DNA of 64,000 nucleotides from Clostridium sp. Its GTDB lineage: Bacteria > Bacillota > Clostridia > TANB77 > CAG-508. The notes beneath the pieces were generated by a model. The model was not told where the DNA came from. It did no database searches and was given only the letters and a program-made list of their open reading frames with translations. Below, piece after piece: positions 1 through 10,544 of this stretch. Both the position numbers and the translations under genes were made by a program. The stretch spans positions 73,850 through 137,849 of the forward strand of contig JAHAKD010000002.1 in NCBI GenBank assembly GCA_018371855.1, given 5' to 3'. Within the stretch, counting starts at the first letter, position 1. Each line of letters opens with the position of its first letter.

Positions 1-561
1 CTAACAAAAACAAAAGTGCATTTTAATAAATATCCAACATGGAGAGATTTAATTGAAGGAACCGTTTTTACTATAGGAATAAAGCCAATTCGCGTAGAAA
101 CCGAAGCACAATTTAAAGATAAAGATAATAATGTATTGTTTTATGCAAATCAAGAAACTTGTGTTATAGATTTAACAGATAGAAAAATCAGAAAAATTAA
201 TACAGTTAATTATCCGGCAGATATTCAAATAAAGGAAGGAATAAACAAAGAAAAATATTTAAGATTAAACACAGAATTTACTGAAGCTGATAAAGTATAT
301 GAACAGAAAATACATTCAACAGATATAGATTTTAGTTACCATACAAATAATGTAGCATATGTTAAATATATTTTGAATTCATTAAATTCAGATTTTATAG
401 ATAGCCATAAGATAACAGACTTTGAGATACATTATATAAATGAAAGCAAAGAGGGACAAAAGTTAATTATCTATAAAAAAATAAAAGATAATGAAATAGA
501 ATTTCTTATAAAAGAAGAAAATAGAGAAATAGCAAGAGCTAATTTAAGATATATAAAATAA
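1..561 (+). CDS. acyl-ACP thioesterase (FatA-like), C-terminal part; the ORF is open to the window edge, so it is 5'-partial
   Basis: Frame 1 is open from position 1; the translation has hotdog-fold acyl-ACP thioesterase-like segments (YHTNNVAYVKYILNSL). Family call from memory. Confidence 0.5.
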   Translation, partial: LTKTKVHFNKYPTWRDLIEGTVFTIGIKPIRVETEAQFKDKDNNVLFYANQETCVIDLTDRKIRKINTVNYPADIQIKEGINKEKYLRLNTEFTEADKVYEQKIHSTDIDFSYHTNNVAYVKYILNSLNSDFIDSHKITDFEIHYINESKEGQKLIIYKKIKDNEIEFLIKEENREIARANLRYIK

Positions 562-720
562 TAGGATAATATTAGGAAAAAAATAAGTAATAAAGAAAGA
601 AGAAATAATTCAAATAAAAAAATAAAACAATTAGGAATAGCTTGTTTAATATCCACTCAATTAGCTATAGATATATTTGAAAATAATGATTATGATAGTT
701 CTAAGATTTTTTCACTAAAT

Positions 721-957
721 ATGTTAAAACAATATGGCGTTCAAGATAATTTAATAGAAAAAGAAAAAAGAATCAATCCAGATACACCTATAGCAGATTT
801 AAATCCAGATGTAGTTATTGAACGCATAAAAGGACTTGAATGGATAATTGATAGTGAAGAAGATTTTAGATACATAGGAATAATTAATTTGATTAATATC
901 AAGTGTGTGGTAAGCTGTACTATGGGTTTTAAAATTATAAAAGGAAGTAATTGCTAA
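721..957 (+). CDS. hypothetical 78-aa protein with Cys-rich C-terminus (CVVSCTMGFKIIKGSNC)
   Basis: ORF followed by a hairpin plus T-run at 941-972; no recognisable family. Confidence 0.25.
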   Translation: MLKQYGVQDNLIEKEKRINPDTPIADLNPDVVIERIKGLEWIIDSEEDFRYIGIINLINIKCVVSCTMGFKIIKGSNC

Positions 958-976
958 TTACTTCCTTTTATGGTAT
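941..976 (+). terminator. rho-independent terminator (GGAAGTAATT-gcta-AATTACTTCC then TTTTAT)
   Basis: Perfect 10-bp inverted repeat followed by a T-run, seen directly. Confidence 0.6.
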
Positions 977-1009
977 TATTTTGAAAATTTATTAAAAAGG
1001 GGAAATATT

Positions 1010-1706
1010 ATGAAATTAATAATAAAAGGATTAAAAAAGAAGTTTGATAAAAAAGAAGTGTTAAAAAACATAAATTTTGAATTTGAAAAAGGAAAAATAT
1101 ATGGATTATTAGGAAGAAATCGGAGCTGGTAAGACAACATTTTTTAATTGCTTAAATGAAGATTTAGAAATAGATTCAGGTGAATTTTTTATAGAAGATG
1201 GAAAGATAAGAAAAATAGAACCAGAAGATATTGGATATGTGTTGTCAACCCCAAATGTGCCAGAGTTTTTAACGGGAAGAGAATTTTTGAAATTTTTTAT
1301 AGATATAAATAAAGAAAAAATAAAGAATCTGAAAACAATAGATGAATATTTTGAATTTATGAAAATAGCAAAAGAAGATAGAGATAAACTTCTAAAAGAC
1401 TATTCACATGGAATGAAAAATAAAATGCAAATGTTAGTAAACATTATTGCAAATCCTAATATCTTACTATTAGACGAGCCATTAACATCTTTTGATGTTG
1501 TAGTGGCAGAAGAAATGAAGCAAATGCTAAAAAGTATAAAAAGTGAGCATATTATAATATTTTCAACACATATTATGGAGCTTGCCCTAGATTTATGCGA
1601 TGAAATTGTCATATTAAATAAAGGTATTTTAGAAAAAATAGATAAAAATAATTTAGATAATGAAGAGTTTAAAAATAAGATTATAGAAAGTTTAAAGGAG
1701 GAATAA
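1010..1706 (+). pseudogene. ABC transporter ATP-binding protein disrupted by a +1 frameshift inside the Walker A motif (extra C at about 1121)
   Basis: From the ATG at 1010 the frame reads ...GLLGRNRSW* ; deleting c1121 restores LLGRNGAGKTTFFNCL (Walker A) continuous with ORF 1239..1706, which carries the LLLDEPLTSFD Walker B region. Confidence 0.7.
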
Positions 1707-1707
1707 T

Positions 1708-3285
1708 ATGTTTAAATCATTTGTAATATCCTTTAAATTAAAAAATACTTATAGAGTAAACAGTATAATTTATTCTATTAAACAATTACCAATTATAAAA
1801 AAACTTCTACCAAATAGTTTATATAAAAATAGGGGACTTAAAGTATTTGCCAATATAATTAGTATCATAATGGAAATAATAGGCATTTTTATAGGTAAGT
1901 TACTATATATTTTGATAATGATAGTTGCAGTACTACAATTGTATAAAACGAATAGTGCAAATACATTTTTACATATTTTTATATTTTTAACATTATGTGG
2001 TGCATTATTAAATACATATATGTATAATCCAACTAAAGATAAATATTATGCAATGATATTAATGAATATGGATGCTAAAAAATATACATTATCGAATTAT
2101 TATTATTTAATGTTAAAAGTAATTATAGGATTTATACCATTTACAACGATATTTGGAACAGTGGCAGGGATTCCTTTATGGATATGTTTAATTCTTCCTA
2201 TATTTGTTGTGTTTTCTAAAATGATTGTAAGCTATTATGCTATATATAAATTTAAGAAAACTAAAAAAGCAACAAATGAAAACTTACCAACAAAAATAAC
2301 ATGGGGAGCAGTAGGAATATTATTGGTTGCAAGCTATGGACTACCATTTTTAGGAATTACTATAAATATACCTTTATTTTTATTAATATTTACTATAATT
2401 GCCATATTAGGAGTAATTAGTTTTATAAAAATAAATGGGTTTATGCAATACAAAAGAATGTATAAACAAATACTTACAAATGAAAATGTATATGCTGTGC
2501 AAAATCAAACTAGTACGCAAGTAATTAAAGATAATGTTTCTAAACAAATAGATTATGACGAAAGATATATAAGTAACAAAAATGGCTTTGCATTTTTCCA
2601 TGAATTATTTGTAAAGAGACATAGAAAGATTTTAACAGAAGCTGTCAAAAAACAATTTGTCATAATATTGGTTATACTAATTGCTATAATTATTGGAATA
2701 CAAATAAATGAAAACTTTAAGGAAAAAATAAATGGAATATTAATGGAATATTTACCATATTTCGTATTTATAATGTATATTTTAAACAGAGGAACAACTG
2801 TTACACAGGCAATGTTTATGAATTGCGATCACAGTATGTTAAGCTTTAGAATATATAGAACACCAAAAGTTTTATTAGGAGTTTTTAAAGAAAGACTAAA
2901 AACATTAATAACAATTAATTTGTTTCCAGCAATAGAAATTGGAGTAGGATTAGCAATTATGCTATTTTTAACAGGAGGAACAGATAATTATTTAAATTAT
3001 GGAATACTATTTATATCAATTATAGCAATGAGTATATTTTTTTCGGTGCATTATTTGGTAATGTATTATTTATTACAGCCGTATAATGTAAATACAGAAA
3101 TGAAGAGTAGTACTTATAAGGTAGTACAAGCAATAACATATTTTGTATGTTATTATATGATACAAGTTAAATTGCCGACATTATATTTTGGAATTTTTAC
3201 AATTATATTTAGTATACTATATTGTATAATTTCATTAGTATTAGTGTATAGGCTAGCGCCACAAACATTTAAACTTAGAGTTTAG
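1708..3285 (+). CDS. polytopic membrane protein, putative permease partner of the upstream ABC ATPase
   Basis: 525 aa, many hydrophobic helices; start is adjacent to the ATPase stop (operon arrangement). Confidence 0.45.
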   Translation: MFKSFVISFKLKNTYRVNSIIYSIKQLPIIKKLLPNSLYKNRGLKVFANIISIIMEIIGIFIGKLLYILIMIVAVLQLYKTNSANTFLHIFIFLTLCGALLNTYMYNPTKDKYYAMILMNMDAKKYTLSNYYYLMLKVIIGFIPFTTIFGTVAGIPLWICLILPIFVVFSKMIVSYYAIYKFKKTKKATNENLPTKITWGAVGILLVASYGLPFLGITINIPLFLLIFTIIAILGVISFIKINGFMQYKRMYKQILTNENVYAVQNQTSTQVIKDNVSKQIDYDERYISNKNGFAFFHELFVKRHRKILTEAVKKQFVIILVILIAIIIGIQINENFKEKINGILMEYLPYFVFIMYILNRGTTVTQAMFMNCDHSMLSFRIYRTPKVLLGVFKERLKTLITINLFPAIEIGVGLAIMLFLTGGTDNYLNYGILFISIIAMSIFFSVHYLVMYYLLQPYNVNTEMKSSTYKVVQAITYFVCYYMIQVKLPTLYFGIFTIIFSILYCIISLVLVYRLAPQTFKLRV

Positions 3286-3304
3286 TTTAGAAAGGAAAAT
3301 TATT

Positions 3305-3787
3305 ATGATTAAAGCAATAATATATAATAGTAGTACAGGACATACTTTTAGATATGCAAAAATGCTAAGCGAAAAATTAGATATTCCATGTTATGCAATA
3401 AAAGATGCAAATAGAAAATTTAATTCAAATGATGAAATAATTTATTTATCATGGGTATGTGCTAATATGATAACTGGAATTAAAAAAATTAGAAATAAAT
3501 ATAATGTTAAATGTTATGGTGTGGTAGGATTGTATCCTAAAAGGGAAGAAAATACCAATAATTTAATTAAAACAAATAATATAGATAAACCTGTTTTTTA
3601 TTTACAAGGAGGGCTAGACTATAATAAACTAAATTGGTTAAAAACTAAAATTTTACATATGGTGGGAAAATATTTAGAAAAAGAAAATAATAAGCAAAGT
3701 ACTCAACTTGCCAAAATACTTGAAAATGGAGCAGATTTTGTAACAGAAGAAAATTTAAAAGAAATTTTAGAATTTTTAGAAAACTAG
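3305..3787 (+). CDS. flavodoxin-like fold protein
   Basis: N-terminus MIKAIIYNSSTGHTFRYAKML resembles the flavodoxin T/S-x-T-G-x-T phosphate-binding loop. Confidence 0.4.
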   Translation: MIKAIIYNSSTGHTFRYAKMLSEKLDIPCYAIKDANRKFNSNDEIIYLSWVCANMITGIKKIRNKYNVKCYGVVGLYPKREENTNNLIKTNNIDKPVFYLQGGLDYNKLNWLKTKILHMVGKYLEKENNKQSTQLAKILENGADFVTEENLKEILEFLEN

Positions 3788-3845
3788 AAACTTTTATAAA
3801 AATACATGTTATAATATTACCATCAAAAAACAGGAGGTTGAAGTA

Positions 3846-4049
3846 ATGAACGAATACAAATTTATTCCAACGCCAGTATTCCGGGAACCAATTTTTAGAT
3901 ATTGGATTTTTTTAAAGGGTAAGACTTTACCTATTGGTTATCTGGTAGAAGATATTGGCGGAGTTGAAGTAATAGTTTTCAAAAAAGAAAACTTAGCTTT
4001 AGCAGGTGATATTTTCAAAAAATATCTTGAAAGAAGTAGCACAGTTTAG
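3846..4049 (+). CDS. hypothetical 67-aa protein
   Basis: ORF with RBS (caggaggttgaagta ATG); hairpin GTAGCACAG/CTGTGCTAC overlaps the stop. Confidence 0.3.
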   Translation: MNEYKFIPTPVFREPIFRYWIFLKGKTLPIGYLVEDIGGVEVIVFKKENLALAGDIFKKYLERSSTV

Positions 4050-4131
4050 GCTGTGCTACAGTCATTTATAAAAATATTTAAAAAATAAAACAAATATGGT
4101 ATAATGTACAAAAAACATGAAAAGGTGAATT

Positions 4132-4989
4132 ATGCAAGGAAAAATAATAAGTAATATTTCAAATTTATATTATATCGAAGCAAATGAAAAAATATATACT
4201 TGTAATGCAAGAGGCAAATTAAAAGATGAAGGAATAGTTGTTGGAGATATAGTAAATTTTAATGAGAATGAGAATATAATAGAAAAAATAGAAAAAAGAG
4301 ATAATTATATTAAAAGACCTAAGATTTCAAATATAACCCAAATAGTGTGTGTATTATCTGCCAAAAATCCAAAGCCGGATTTATTAATGCTAGATAAACA
4401 ATTAGCATATGCCGAATATGTTGGTATAAAGGCTGCAATTGTAATTAATAAAATAGACTTAGACAAGAAAATGGTAGAAGAGATAAAAGAAATTTATAAA
4501 AATATAGGTTATCCGATAGTAGATACAAATGCAAAAGAAAAAGAGGGAATAGATATCCTAAATAAGCTTTTAGAAAACAATATAAGTGTATTTGCTGGAA
4601 ATTCAGGGGTCGGAAAATCTACTTTATTAAATAGTATTTTTGGAAAAGAATTAACTAAATCTGGATTAATAAGTAATAAAAATAAAAAAGGTAAAAATAC
4701 TACAACAAATATTGCGTTATATAAAATTAAAGAAAATGAATATATTGCAGATACACCAGGGTTTTCAACTTTTGATATTTCTGAAATTGAATCTGATAAA
4801 TTAGCAGAATATTTTAAAGAATTTAAACAATATATAAAAGATTGTGAGTATATAGGGTGTAGACATATTAAAGAAGAAAATTGTGGTATAAAAAATGCAT
4901 TGCAACAAGGGAAAATATCAGAAAGTAGATATCAAAATTTTATAAAAATATATGAGAATTTAAAAGATAAGGAGGAACACAAATGGTAG
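4132..4989 (+). CDS. rsgA: ribosome small-subunit-dependent GTPase A
   Basis: G-motifs GNSGVGKSTLLN and DTPGF in permuted order plus C-terminal zinc-finger Cys cluster (CRHIKEENC); adjacent to rpe as in many Firmicutes. Confidence 0.85.
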   Translation: MQGKIISNISNLYYIEANEKIYTCNARGKLKDEGIVVGDIVNFNENENIIEKIEKRDNYIKRPKISNITQIVCVLSAKNPKPDLLMLDKQLAYAEYVGIKAAIVINKIDLDKKMVEEIKEIYKNIGYPIVDTNAKEKEGIDILNKLLENNISVFAGNSGVGKSTLLNSIFGKELTKSGLISNKNKKGKNTTTNIALYKIKENEYIADTPGFSTFDISEIESDKLAEYFKEFKQYIKDCEYIGCRHIKEENCGIKNALQQGKISESRYQNFIKIYENLKDKEEHKW

Positions 4990-5642
4990 AAATTTCAGCA
5001 TCAGTATTAGATGCAAAGGAAGATGAAGCAGCAAAAATATTTTATAATTTAGAGGTAGCAAAAATAGATTACTTCCATATAGATGTTATGGATGGAAAAT
5101 TTGTAGAAAAAAATACCGTAGACAAAATGAATAAATATTCAAATATATTAAAGCAAATTACTACATTACCATTGGATGTTCATTTAATGGTAGAAGATGT
5201 AGAAACATATGTAAAATTATATAGTGCAATTGAGCCAAATATGATAACTTTTCATTTAGAAGCATTTAAAGATAAAGAGAAAATTTATGAAATGATTAAA
5301 CTAGTAAAAGATAATAATTGCAAAGTTGGTATTGCCATAAAACCTTCTACAGAAGTAAAAGAAATATATGAATTTTTACCATATATAAACACAGTATTAG
5401 TGATGACAGTAGAACCTGGTAAGGGAGGACAAGCTTTAATATCAGAGACGTTAAGAAAAGTTAGAATATTAAAAGAATACTTAAACCAACATAATTTAGA
5501 TACGTATATTGAAGCTGATGGTGGAATAAATCTTGATACAATAGATGAAGTAAAAGAGTCAGGAGTAGATATAGCTGTTGTTGGAAATGGAATATTAAAG
5601 ACTGAAAATTACAAAGTAACTGTAAGTAAATTACATGTATAA
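4983..5642 (+). CDS. rpe: ribulose-phosphate 3-epimerase
   Basis: MVEISASVLDA...FHIDVMDGKFV, typical RPE N-terminus; 219 aa. Confidence 0.85.
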   Translation: MVEISASVLDAKEDEAAKIFYNLEVAKIDYFHIDVMDGKFVEKNTVDKMNKYSNILKQITTLPLDVHLMVEDVETYVKLYSAIEPNMITFHLEAFKDKEKIYEMIKLVKDNNCKVGIAIKPSTEVKEIYEFLPYINTVLVMTVEPGKGGQALISETLRKVRILKEYLNQHNLDTYIEADGGINLDTIDEVKESGVDIAVVGNGILKTENYKVTVSKLHV

Positions 5643-5644
5643 AT

Positions 5645-5681
5645 AAAGAAAACGTAGCAACTAATTTGCTACGTTTTCTTT
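5645..5681. terminator. bidirectional terminator palindrome between convergent rpe (+) and a membrane protein gene (-)
   Basis: AAAGAAAACGTAGCAA-ctaa-TTGCTACGTTTTCTTT, a 16-bp inverted repeat flanked by A/T runs. Confidence 0.6.
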
Positions 5682-6812
5682 ACTTTTAACTTCTTTTTGT
5701 TTATGTCCATTAAAAAATAAATTATAAATAATAATTCCAAATCCTAAAATAGAAATAAATATTGTTACTACAATTCCTACAAAAGGTATCATTTTTAAAG
5801 CACCAATTACAACTGCAATTAATATTGCTAGTAAATATTCTAATGGCATTTTAGAGAATTTTTTGTTATTATAAATTCTTCTAGCCAAAATTGATGCAAA
5901 TATGTATGGAGAAATTCCAATCATAAATATGTATAACATTAATAATAATAATCCAGCACTAAATCCTATTTGTGCAGCAATAAGTATAATAGATAAAATA
6001 GGAATAGCAATTAAAGCAATTAGCCCAGCTAAAAATACTTTTCCAAATTTATGAGATAAACAAGAAGAAGATTTTTCTAAACTACTTTCTAAGAAAAATC
6101 TATAAAGCAAATATACTAAACTTGCTGCAAATATACTATTTACAATATTTATGATTATGCTCCAAATTGTAGTTCCTGTATTTGATGAGTTATTTGTAGT
6201 AAAATGTGTTATTTCTCCACCGATGGTACCACTTGGAAATTCTATTTCATTTTCAGAAACATATGTTAGTTTACCAGTAATAGAACCTTGTATTGAATCT
6301 GTAGATATGATAAATTCCGGTGCATATATATATGCATTTCTTCCTACACTACCCTGTAAAGTTAATTTTTTACTCATGGCATATAAATCTCTAAAAGGAC
6401 CATAGCCTTCAGGTATGTTAAGTTCATTACAAACAGCATATAGTGAAGTTGCTGAAGTATGGAAGTCTATTTTATCCGCTACTATATAAGCATTTGAATT
6501 TATGTAAGATTGTTCGCCAAAAGTAACATTACTTGCACAAACAAATAAATCTCCATCAACTTCGCCATTTATTGTAACATTCTTTCCAAAAATATAAACA
6601 TTTCCATCTACGATTTGATTCATATTAATATCATTTCCATATAAATATAAATCATCATCTACTACAGTAGTTGTATTTTCAGAAGAGTCTGCTACATATG
6701 GTGTTGCTGTTACATCTTCTTGCGTTTCATTTGTATCTGCAAAACATGTTGTAGTAATAGATAATATAATAACTAGAAACAAAGTTATTATAAAGTTTTT
6801 TAATTTTTTCAT
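5661..6812 (-). CDS. membrane protein: N-terminal signal/TM, a beta-helix-like repeat region (possibly bactofilin/polymer-forming family), and a C-terminal multi-TM domain
   Basis: Start chosen at MKKLKNF (6812) with a GGAGG RBS 7 nt upstream; repeats of the type DGNVYIFGKNVTINGEVDGDLFV; domain family uncertain. Confidence 0.45.
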   Translation of the reverse strand: MKKLKNFIITLFLVIILSITTTCFADTNETQEDVTATPYVADSSENTTTVVDDDLYLYGNDINMNQIVDGNVYIFGKNVTINGEVDGDLFVCASNVTFGEQSYINSNAYIVADKIDFHTSATSLYAVCNELNIPEGYGPFRDLYAMSKKLTLQGSVGRNAYIYAPEFIISTDSIQGSITGKLTYVSENEIEFPSGTIGGEITHFTTNNSSNTGTTIWSIIINIVNSIFAASLVYLLYRFFLESSLEKSSSCLSHKFGKVFLAGLIALIAIPILSIILIAAQIGFSAGLLLLMLYIFMIGISPYIFASILARRIYNNKKFSKMPLEYLLAILIAVVIGALKMIPFVGIVVTIFISILGFGIIIYNLFFNGHKQKEVKSKENVAN

Positions 6813-6877
6813 TGGTATACCTCCTAAAATTACTTTAATCAAAATATATATTATGAGTTTTGGTTTGTCAATACAAA

Positions 6878-7519
6878 TTAAACTTTGTGTTCTGCTTTAT
6901 ATTTTTTGCAAAATTGTTTAATTGTACAATTATCACAATTTGGCTTTCTTGCCATACAAGTATTTCTACCATGCCATACAAAAAGATGATTAATATCTTT
7001 TAAGTATTCTTTAGGAAAGATTTTTAATAAATCTTGTTCTATTTTTGTTGGTTCTTTTTCACTTGAAAGGCCTATCCTATTGGAAATTCTTTTTGCGTGT
7101 GTATCAACAGCGATACCGTTTGCGATACCGAAAACTTCTAATAAAATTACATTTGCACTCTTTCTACCAACACCTGGAAGAGTTATAAGTTCATCCATAG
7201 TATTTGGAACGATTCCATTAAAATCATTCAGAATTTTATTAGCGCAAGCACGTGCATTTTTTGCTTTATTTTTATAAAATCCACAAGGATGAATTATTTC
7301 TTCTAATTCATGTATATCACAATTTGCAAAATCTTCAATTGTTGGATATTTTTTAAATAATGCGGGTGTAGTTAAATTAACTCTTTCGTCTGTACATTGT
7401 GCTGATAACATTACAGCAATTACTAATTGAAAAGGTGTTTTAAAATCTAAACTACAAGTTGCATCAGGATAGGTATCTTTTAATATTTGAACTAATTCTA
7501 TAGCATCTTTTTTTCTCAT
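6878..7519 (-). CDS. nth: endonuclease III (DNA glycosylase/AP lyase)
   Basis: HhH-GPD region and C-terminal 4Fe-4S Cys cluster CMARKPNCDNCTIKQFC; start moved to MRKKDAIELV with a GGAGG RBS. Confidence 0.85.
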   Translation of the reverse strand: MRKKDAIELVQILKDTYPDATCSLDFKTPFQLVIAVMLSAQCTDERVNLTTPALFKKYPTIEDFANCDIHELEEIIHPCGFYKNKAKNARACANKILNDFNGIVPNTMDELITLPGVGRKSANVILLEVFGIANGIAVDTHAKRISNRIGLSSEKEPTKIEQDLLKIFPKEYLKDINHLFVWHGRNTCMARKPNCDNCTIKQFCKKYKAEHKV

Positions 7520-7626
7520 AATTAGCCTCCTTTTACGACAAATTATATCATAATAATTTATCAACATAAAGTAATCACATGAATAATTATTTTTTCATAT
7601 TATATAAAAAAAGGAGGTAATACTTT

Positions 7627-7776
7627 ATGTGTAAAATATTAAAAAAGACTTTGGCTGTAATATTAATAGGCTTAGGAATTGGAATATTATTGGTGTTATT
7701 ACTTCCTTTTGCTGGGTGGCTTTTCGTAATAGGTGTTGCAATTATTATAGTTGGAATTATATGGCTTTCAAATTGA
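7627..7776 (+). CDS. small hydrophobic membrane protein (49 aa)
   Basis: Strong RBS AAAGGAGGT 8 nt before the ATG; two predicted TM helices. Below the ORF-track length cutoff. Confidence 0.3.
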   Translation: MCKILKKTLAVILIGLGIGILLVLLLPFAGWLFVIGVAIIIVGIIWLSN

Positions 7777-7818
7777 CAACTATAAATATAGAAAACAATT
7801 GAAAAGGAGGAGATAGGA

Positions 7819-7893
7819 ATGACAATTGTTGTAAAAAAAGTTCCAAAATTTTTAAGAGGATTTGTTAAATTAATATTTAGGATTAAAGATTAA
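7819..7893 (+). CDS. very small ORF (24 aa, MTIVVKKVPKFLRGFVKLIFRIKD) with a strong RBS
   Basis: AAAGGAGGAGATAGGA ATG; speculative. Confidence 0.15.
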   Translation: MTIVVKKVPKFLRGFVKLIFRIKD

Positions 7894-7996
7894 TACATAA
7901 AAATATCGCCAGAGTAATTTCTGACGATATTTTTAATGGTAATATATATCATGAAAAAAAGGGTTATTCTATAATAACCCACAAATAGTATATAAA

Positions 7997-8194
7997 CTAA
8001 GCTCTTTTAACTTTTCCAGAACGTAAACATTTTGCACATACTTTAATTTTCTTTGGTTGACCATCTACTATAGTTTTTACAGTTCTTAAATTTGGTTTCC
8101 AAGTTCTTGAAGCTCTATTACTAACGTGAGAACGTGTTATGCTAAGTTTGTTTCCATGAGATAATGTTTTTTCACAAATTGCACATTTTGCCAT
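7997..8194 (-). CDS. rpmB: 50S ribosomal protein L28
   Basis: MAKCAICEKT...SNRASRTWKPNL...CAKCLRSGKVKRA, a typical L28 sequence. Confidence 0.9.
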   Translation of the reverse strand: MAKCAICEKTLSHGNKLSITRSHVSNRASRTWKPNLRTVKTIVDGQPKKIKVCAKCLRSGKVKRA

Positions 8195-8326
8195 GATTTA
8201 TTGCACCTCCTATTAAGATAATAAATTGACTGTTTATAATCTTACCATATAATAACAAAAAAAACAAGACTTTTTATAAAAAATAGTATATAATATACAA
8301 AATTATACTTCAATTAGGAGGTAAAA

Positions 8327-10378
8327 ATGGCTGATTTAAGTAAAGAAGTACAATATATAAAAGGCGTTGGTCCTAATAGGGTAAAGCTCCTAAATAATCT
8401 AAATATTTTTACTTTAAAAGATTTAATTACATATTATCCAAGAGATTATGAAGATAGAAGTAAACCTGTAAAAATAGAAGATCTAGCAGATGGTGAGGAA
8501 GCTTTAATTGCAGCCATACCAGTTGCTAGAATGAATGAAACAAGAATAAGAAATAGGAAAATGGTTATATATAAACTTATAGTAGAAGATGAAACAGGAA
8601 GATGTTTAATTACTTGGTATAACCAAAGTTATTTAAAAAATAAATTTAAAGTTGGAGAAATTTATCACTTTTTTGGTAAAGTAAAAAGAATTCAAAATAG
8701 GATCGAAATGGTATCACCTGTTTTTGACGAAGAAACTAAAAATAAAAATACAGGAAAAATAATACCTATATATCCACTAACATATAATTTATCTCAAAAT
8801 GTGTTAAGAGGAATAATAGAGAATGCAATTACATTAGTAAATAACTCATTACCAGAAACATTACCAAAATATATTTTAGATGAATATAAATTATTAGGAA
8901 TAAATGAGTCTATACATAAAATACACTTTCCAGAGAATTTCGATGAATTTGAAAAGGCAAGAAAAAGGCTAGTATTTGAAGAATTATTAGGTATGCAATT
9001 AGCTCTATTAAATTTAAAGAACAAATATGAAGCAGATACTAATGGTATTCAGTTTGATAAAAATGTAAAGATGTCAGATGTAATTAATGTTCTTCCATTT
9101 AAATTAACTAAAGCTCAATTAAGAGTTTTAGAAGAAATAGATAAAGATATGGAAAGCAATAAAAATATGAATAGGCTATTACAAGGAGATGTTGGATCTG
9201 GAAAAACAGCAGTTTCAATTATTGCTTCATATAAAGCTGTTAAATGTGGTTATCAAGTAGCAATTATGGCTCCAACAGCAATTCTTGCAAGTCAACATTT
9301 AGAAAGTTTTAAAGAAATGTTAGATCAGTTTGGAATTAGATGTGAGCTTTTAATTTCTAGTATAACTAAAAAGAAAAAAGAAGAAATTTTAGAAAAATTA
9401 AAAAATGGAGAAATAGATATATTAATAGGTACACATGCTCTACTAGAAGAAAATGTAGTATTTAAGAATTTAGGATTTGTAGTAACAGATGAGCAACACA
9501 GATTTGGTGTAAAACAACGTACTACAATAGTAGAAAAAGGGCAAAATCCAGATGTATTAGTTATGACAGCAACTCCTATTCCAAGAACGCTAGCCTTAAT
9601 TTTATATGGTGATTTGGATATTTCTATAATTGATGAATTACCGCCAAACAGGAAGAAAATTGATACTTTTGCAGTTACAAAAGGAATGGAAGAAAGAGTA
9701 AATAACTTTATAAAAAAACAAGTTGATGAAGGTAGACAAGCATATATTGTATGTCCATTAGTAGAAGAAAATGAAGAAATGAATTTAAAATCTGTAACAG
9801 CTTTGGCAGAAAAATATAAGAATGAAGTGTTTAAAGACTACAGGGTAGAATATTTACATGGAAAAATGAAAAATAAAGAAAAAGATGAAATTATGGAAAG
9901 ATTCAAAAATGGAGATATTGATATTCTGATTTCTACTACTGTAATCGAGGTTGGTGTAAATGTTCCAAATGCAAGTTTAATGGTTGTGGAAAATGCAGAA
10001 AGATTTGGGCTTGCACAATTGCATCAGCTAAGAGGAAGAGTCGGAAGAGGAGAATACCAATCTTATTGTATTTTAAAATACCAAGGAAATTCAGATGTTA
10101 TTAGAAAAAGAATGAAGGTAATGACAGATACAAATGATGGGTTTATAATTTCAGAAAAAGATTTGGAACTTCGTGGTAGTGGTGAGTTTTTTGGAACAAG
10201 ACAACATGGACTTCCAGAATTTAAAATTGCAAATCTTTTTGAAGATATGCCAGTATTAAAACAAGTTCAAGCATTAGCAATAAACATAACAGAAGAAGAC
10301 CCTAAATTAGATTTAGAAAAAAATAAAGAATTACGATTGTTAATTGAAGAGAAATTTAAAAATAGAGTAGAGATATAA
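8327..10378 (+). CDS. recG: ATP-dependent DNA helicase RecG
   Basis: 683 aa; Walker A GDVGSGKT, DEQHRFG, TATPIPRTLA, QLHQLRGRVGRG helicase motifs. Confidence 0.95.
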   Translation: MADLSKEVQYIKGVGPNRVKLLNNLNIFTLKDLITYYPRDYEDRSKPVKIEDLADGEEALIAAIPVARMNETRIRNRKMVIYKLIVEDETGRCLITWYNQSYLKNKFKVGEIYHFFGKVKRIQNRIEMVSPVFDEETKNKNTGKIIPIYPLTYNLSQNVLRGIIENAITLVNNSLPETLPKYILDEYKLLGINESIHKIHFPENFDEFEKARKRLVFEELLGMQLALLNLKNKYEADTNGIQFDKNVKMSDVINVLPFKLTKAQLRVLEEIDKDMESNKNMNRLLQGDVGSGKTAVSIIASYKAVKCGYQVAIMAPTAILASQHLESFKEMLDQFGIRCELLISSITKKKKEEILEKLKNGEIDILIGTHALLEENVVFKNLGFVVTDEQHRFGVKQRTTIVEKGQNPDVLVMTATPIPRTLALILYGDLDISIIDELPPNRKKIDTFAVTKGMEERVNNFIKKQVDEGRQAYIVCPLVEENEEMNLKSVTALAEKYKNEVFKDYRVEYLHGKMKNKEKDEIMERFKNGDIDILISTTVIEVGVNVPNASLMVVENAERFGLAQLHQLRGRVGRGEYQSYCILKYQGNSDVIRKRMKVMTDTNDGFIISEKDLELRGSGEFFGTRQHGLPEFKIANLFEDMPVLKQVQALAINITEEDPKLDLEKNKELRLLIEEKFKNRVEI

Positions 10379-10422
10379 TTAATTTGACTAGTCCGTATCG
10401 AATTGATATAGGGCTAGTTTTG

Positions 10423-10463
10423 TGGTATAATGAAATTTATATACTATAAAATCTTATAGTATA
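10423..10463 (+). promoter_or_regulatory. extended -10 (TGGTATAAT, 10423-10431) followed by a perfect 10-bp palindrome (TATACTATAA-aatc-TTATAGTATA, 10440-10463) in operator position upstream of the island gene
   Basis: Seen directly; the palindrome lies at the predicted TSS/5'UTR, 25 nt upstream of the RBS. Confidence 0.4.
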
Positions 10464-10544
10464 GTAACTATAAGAAAGGAGGCTTTTTATTCAAGATAAT
10501 TGCTTTGTAACTCGTTAATACAGATTCAAAAGGAGAAAAACGTT

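Noticed and set aside
10384-10389. TTGACT hexamer upstream of the island gene as a -35 box
   Set aside because: It lies 36 bp from the TGGTATAAT -10 element, far beyond the 16-18 bp spacing. Only the extended -10 is called.
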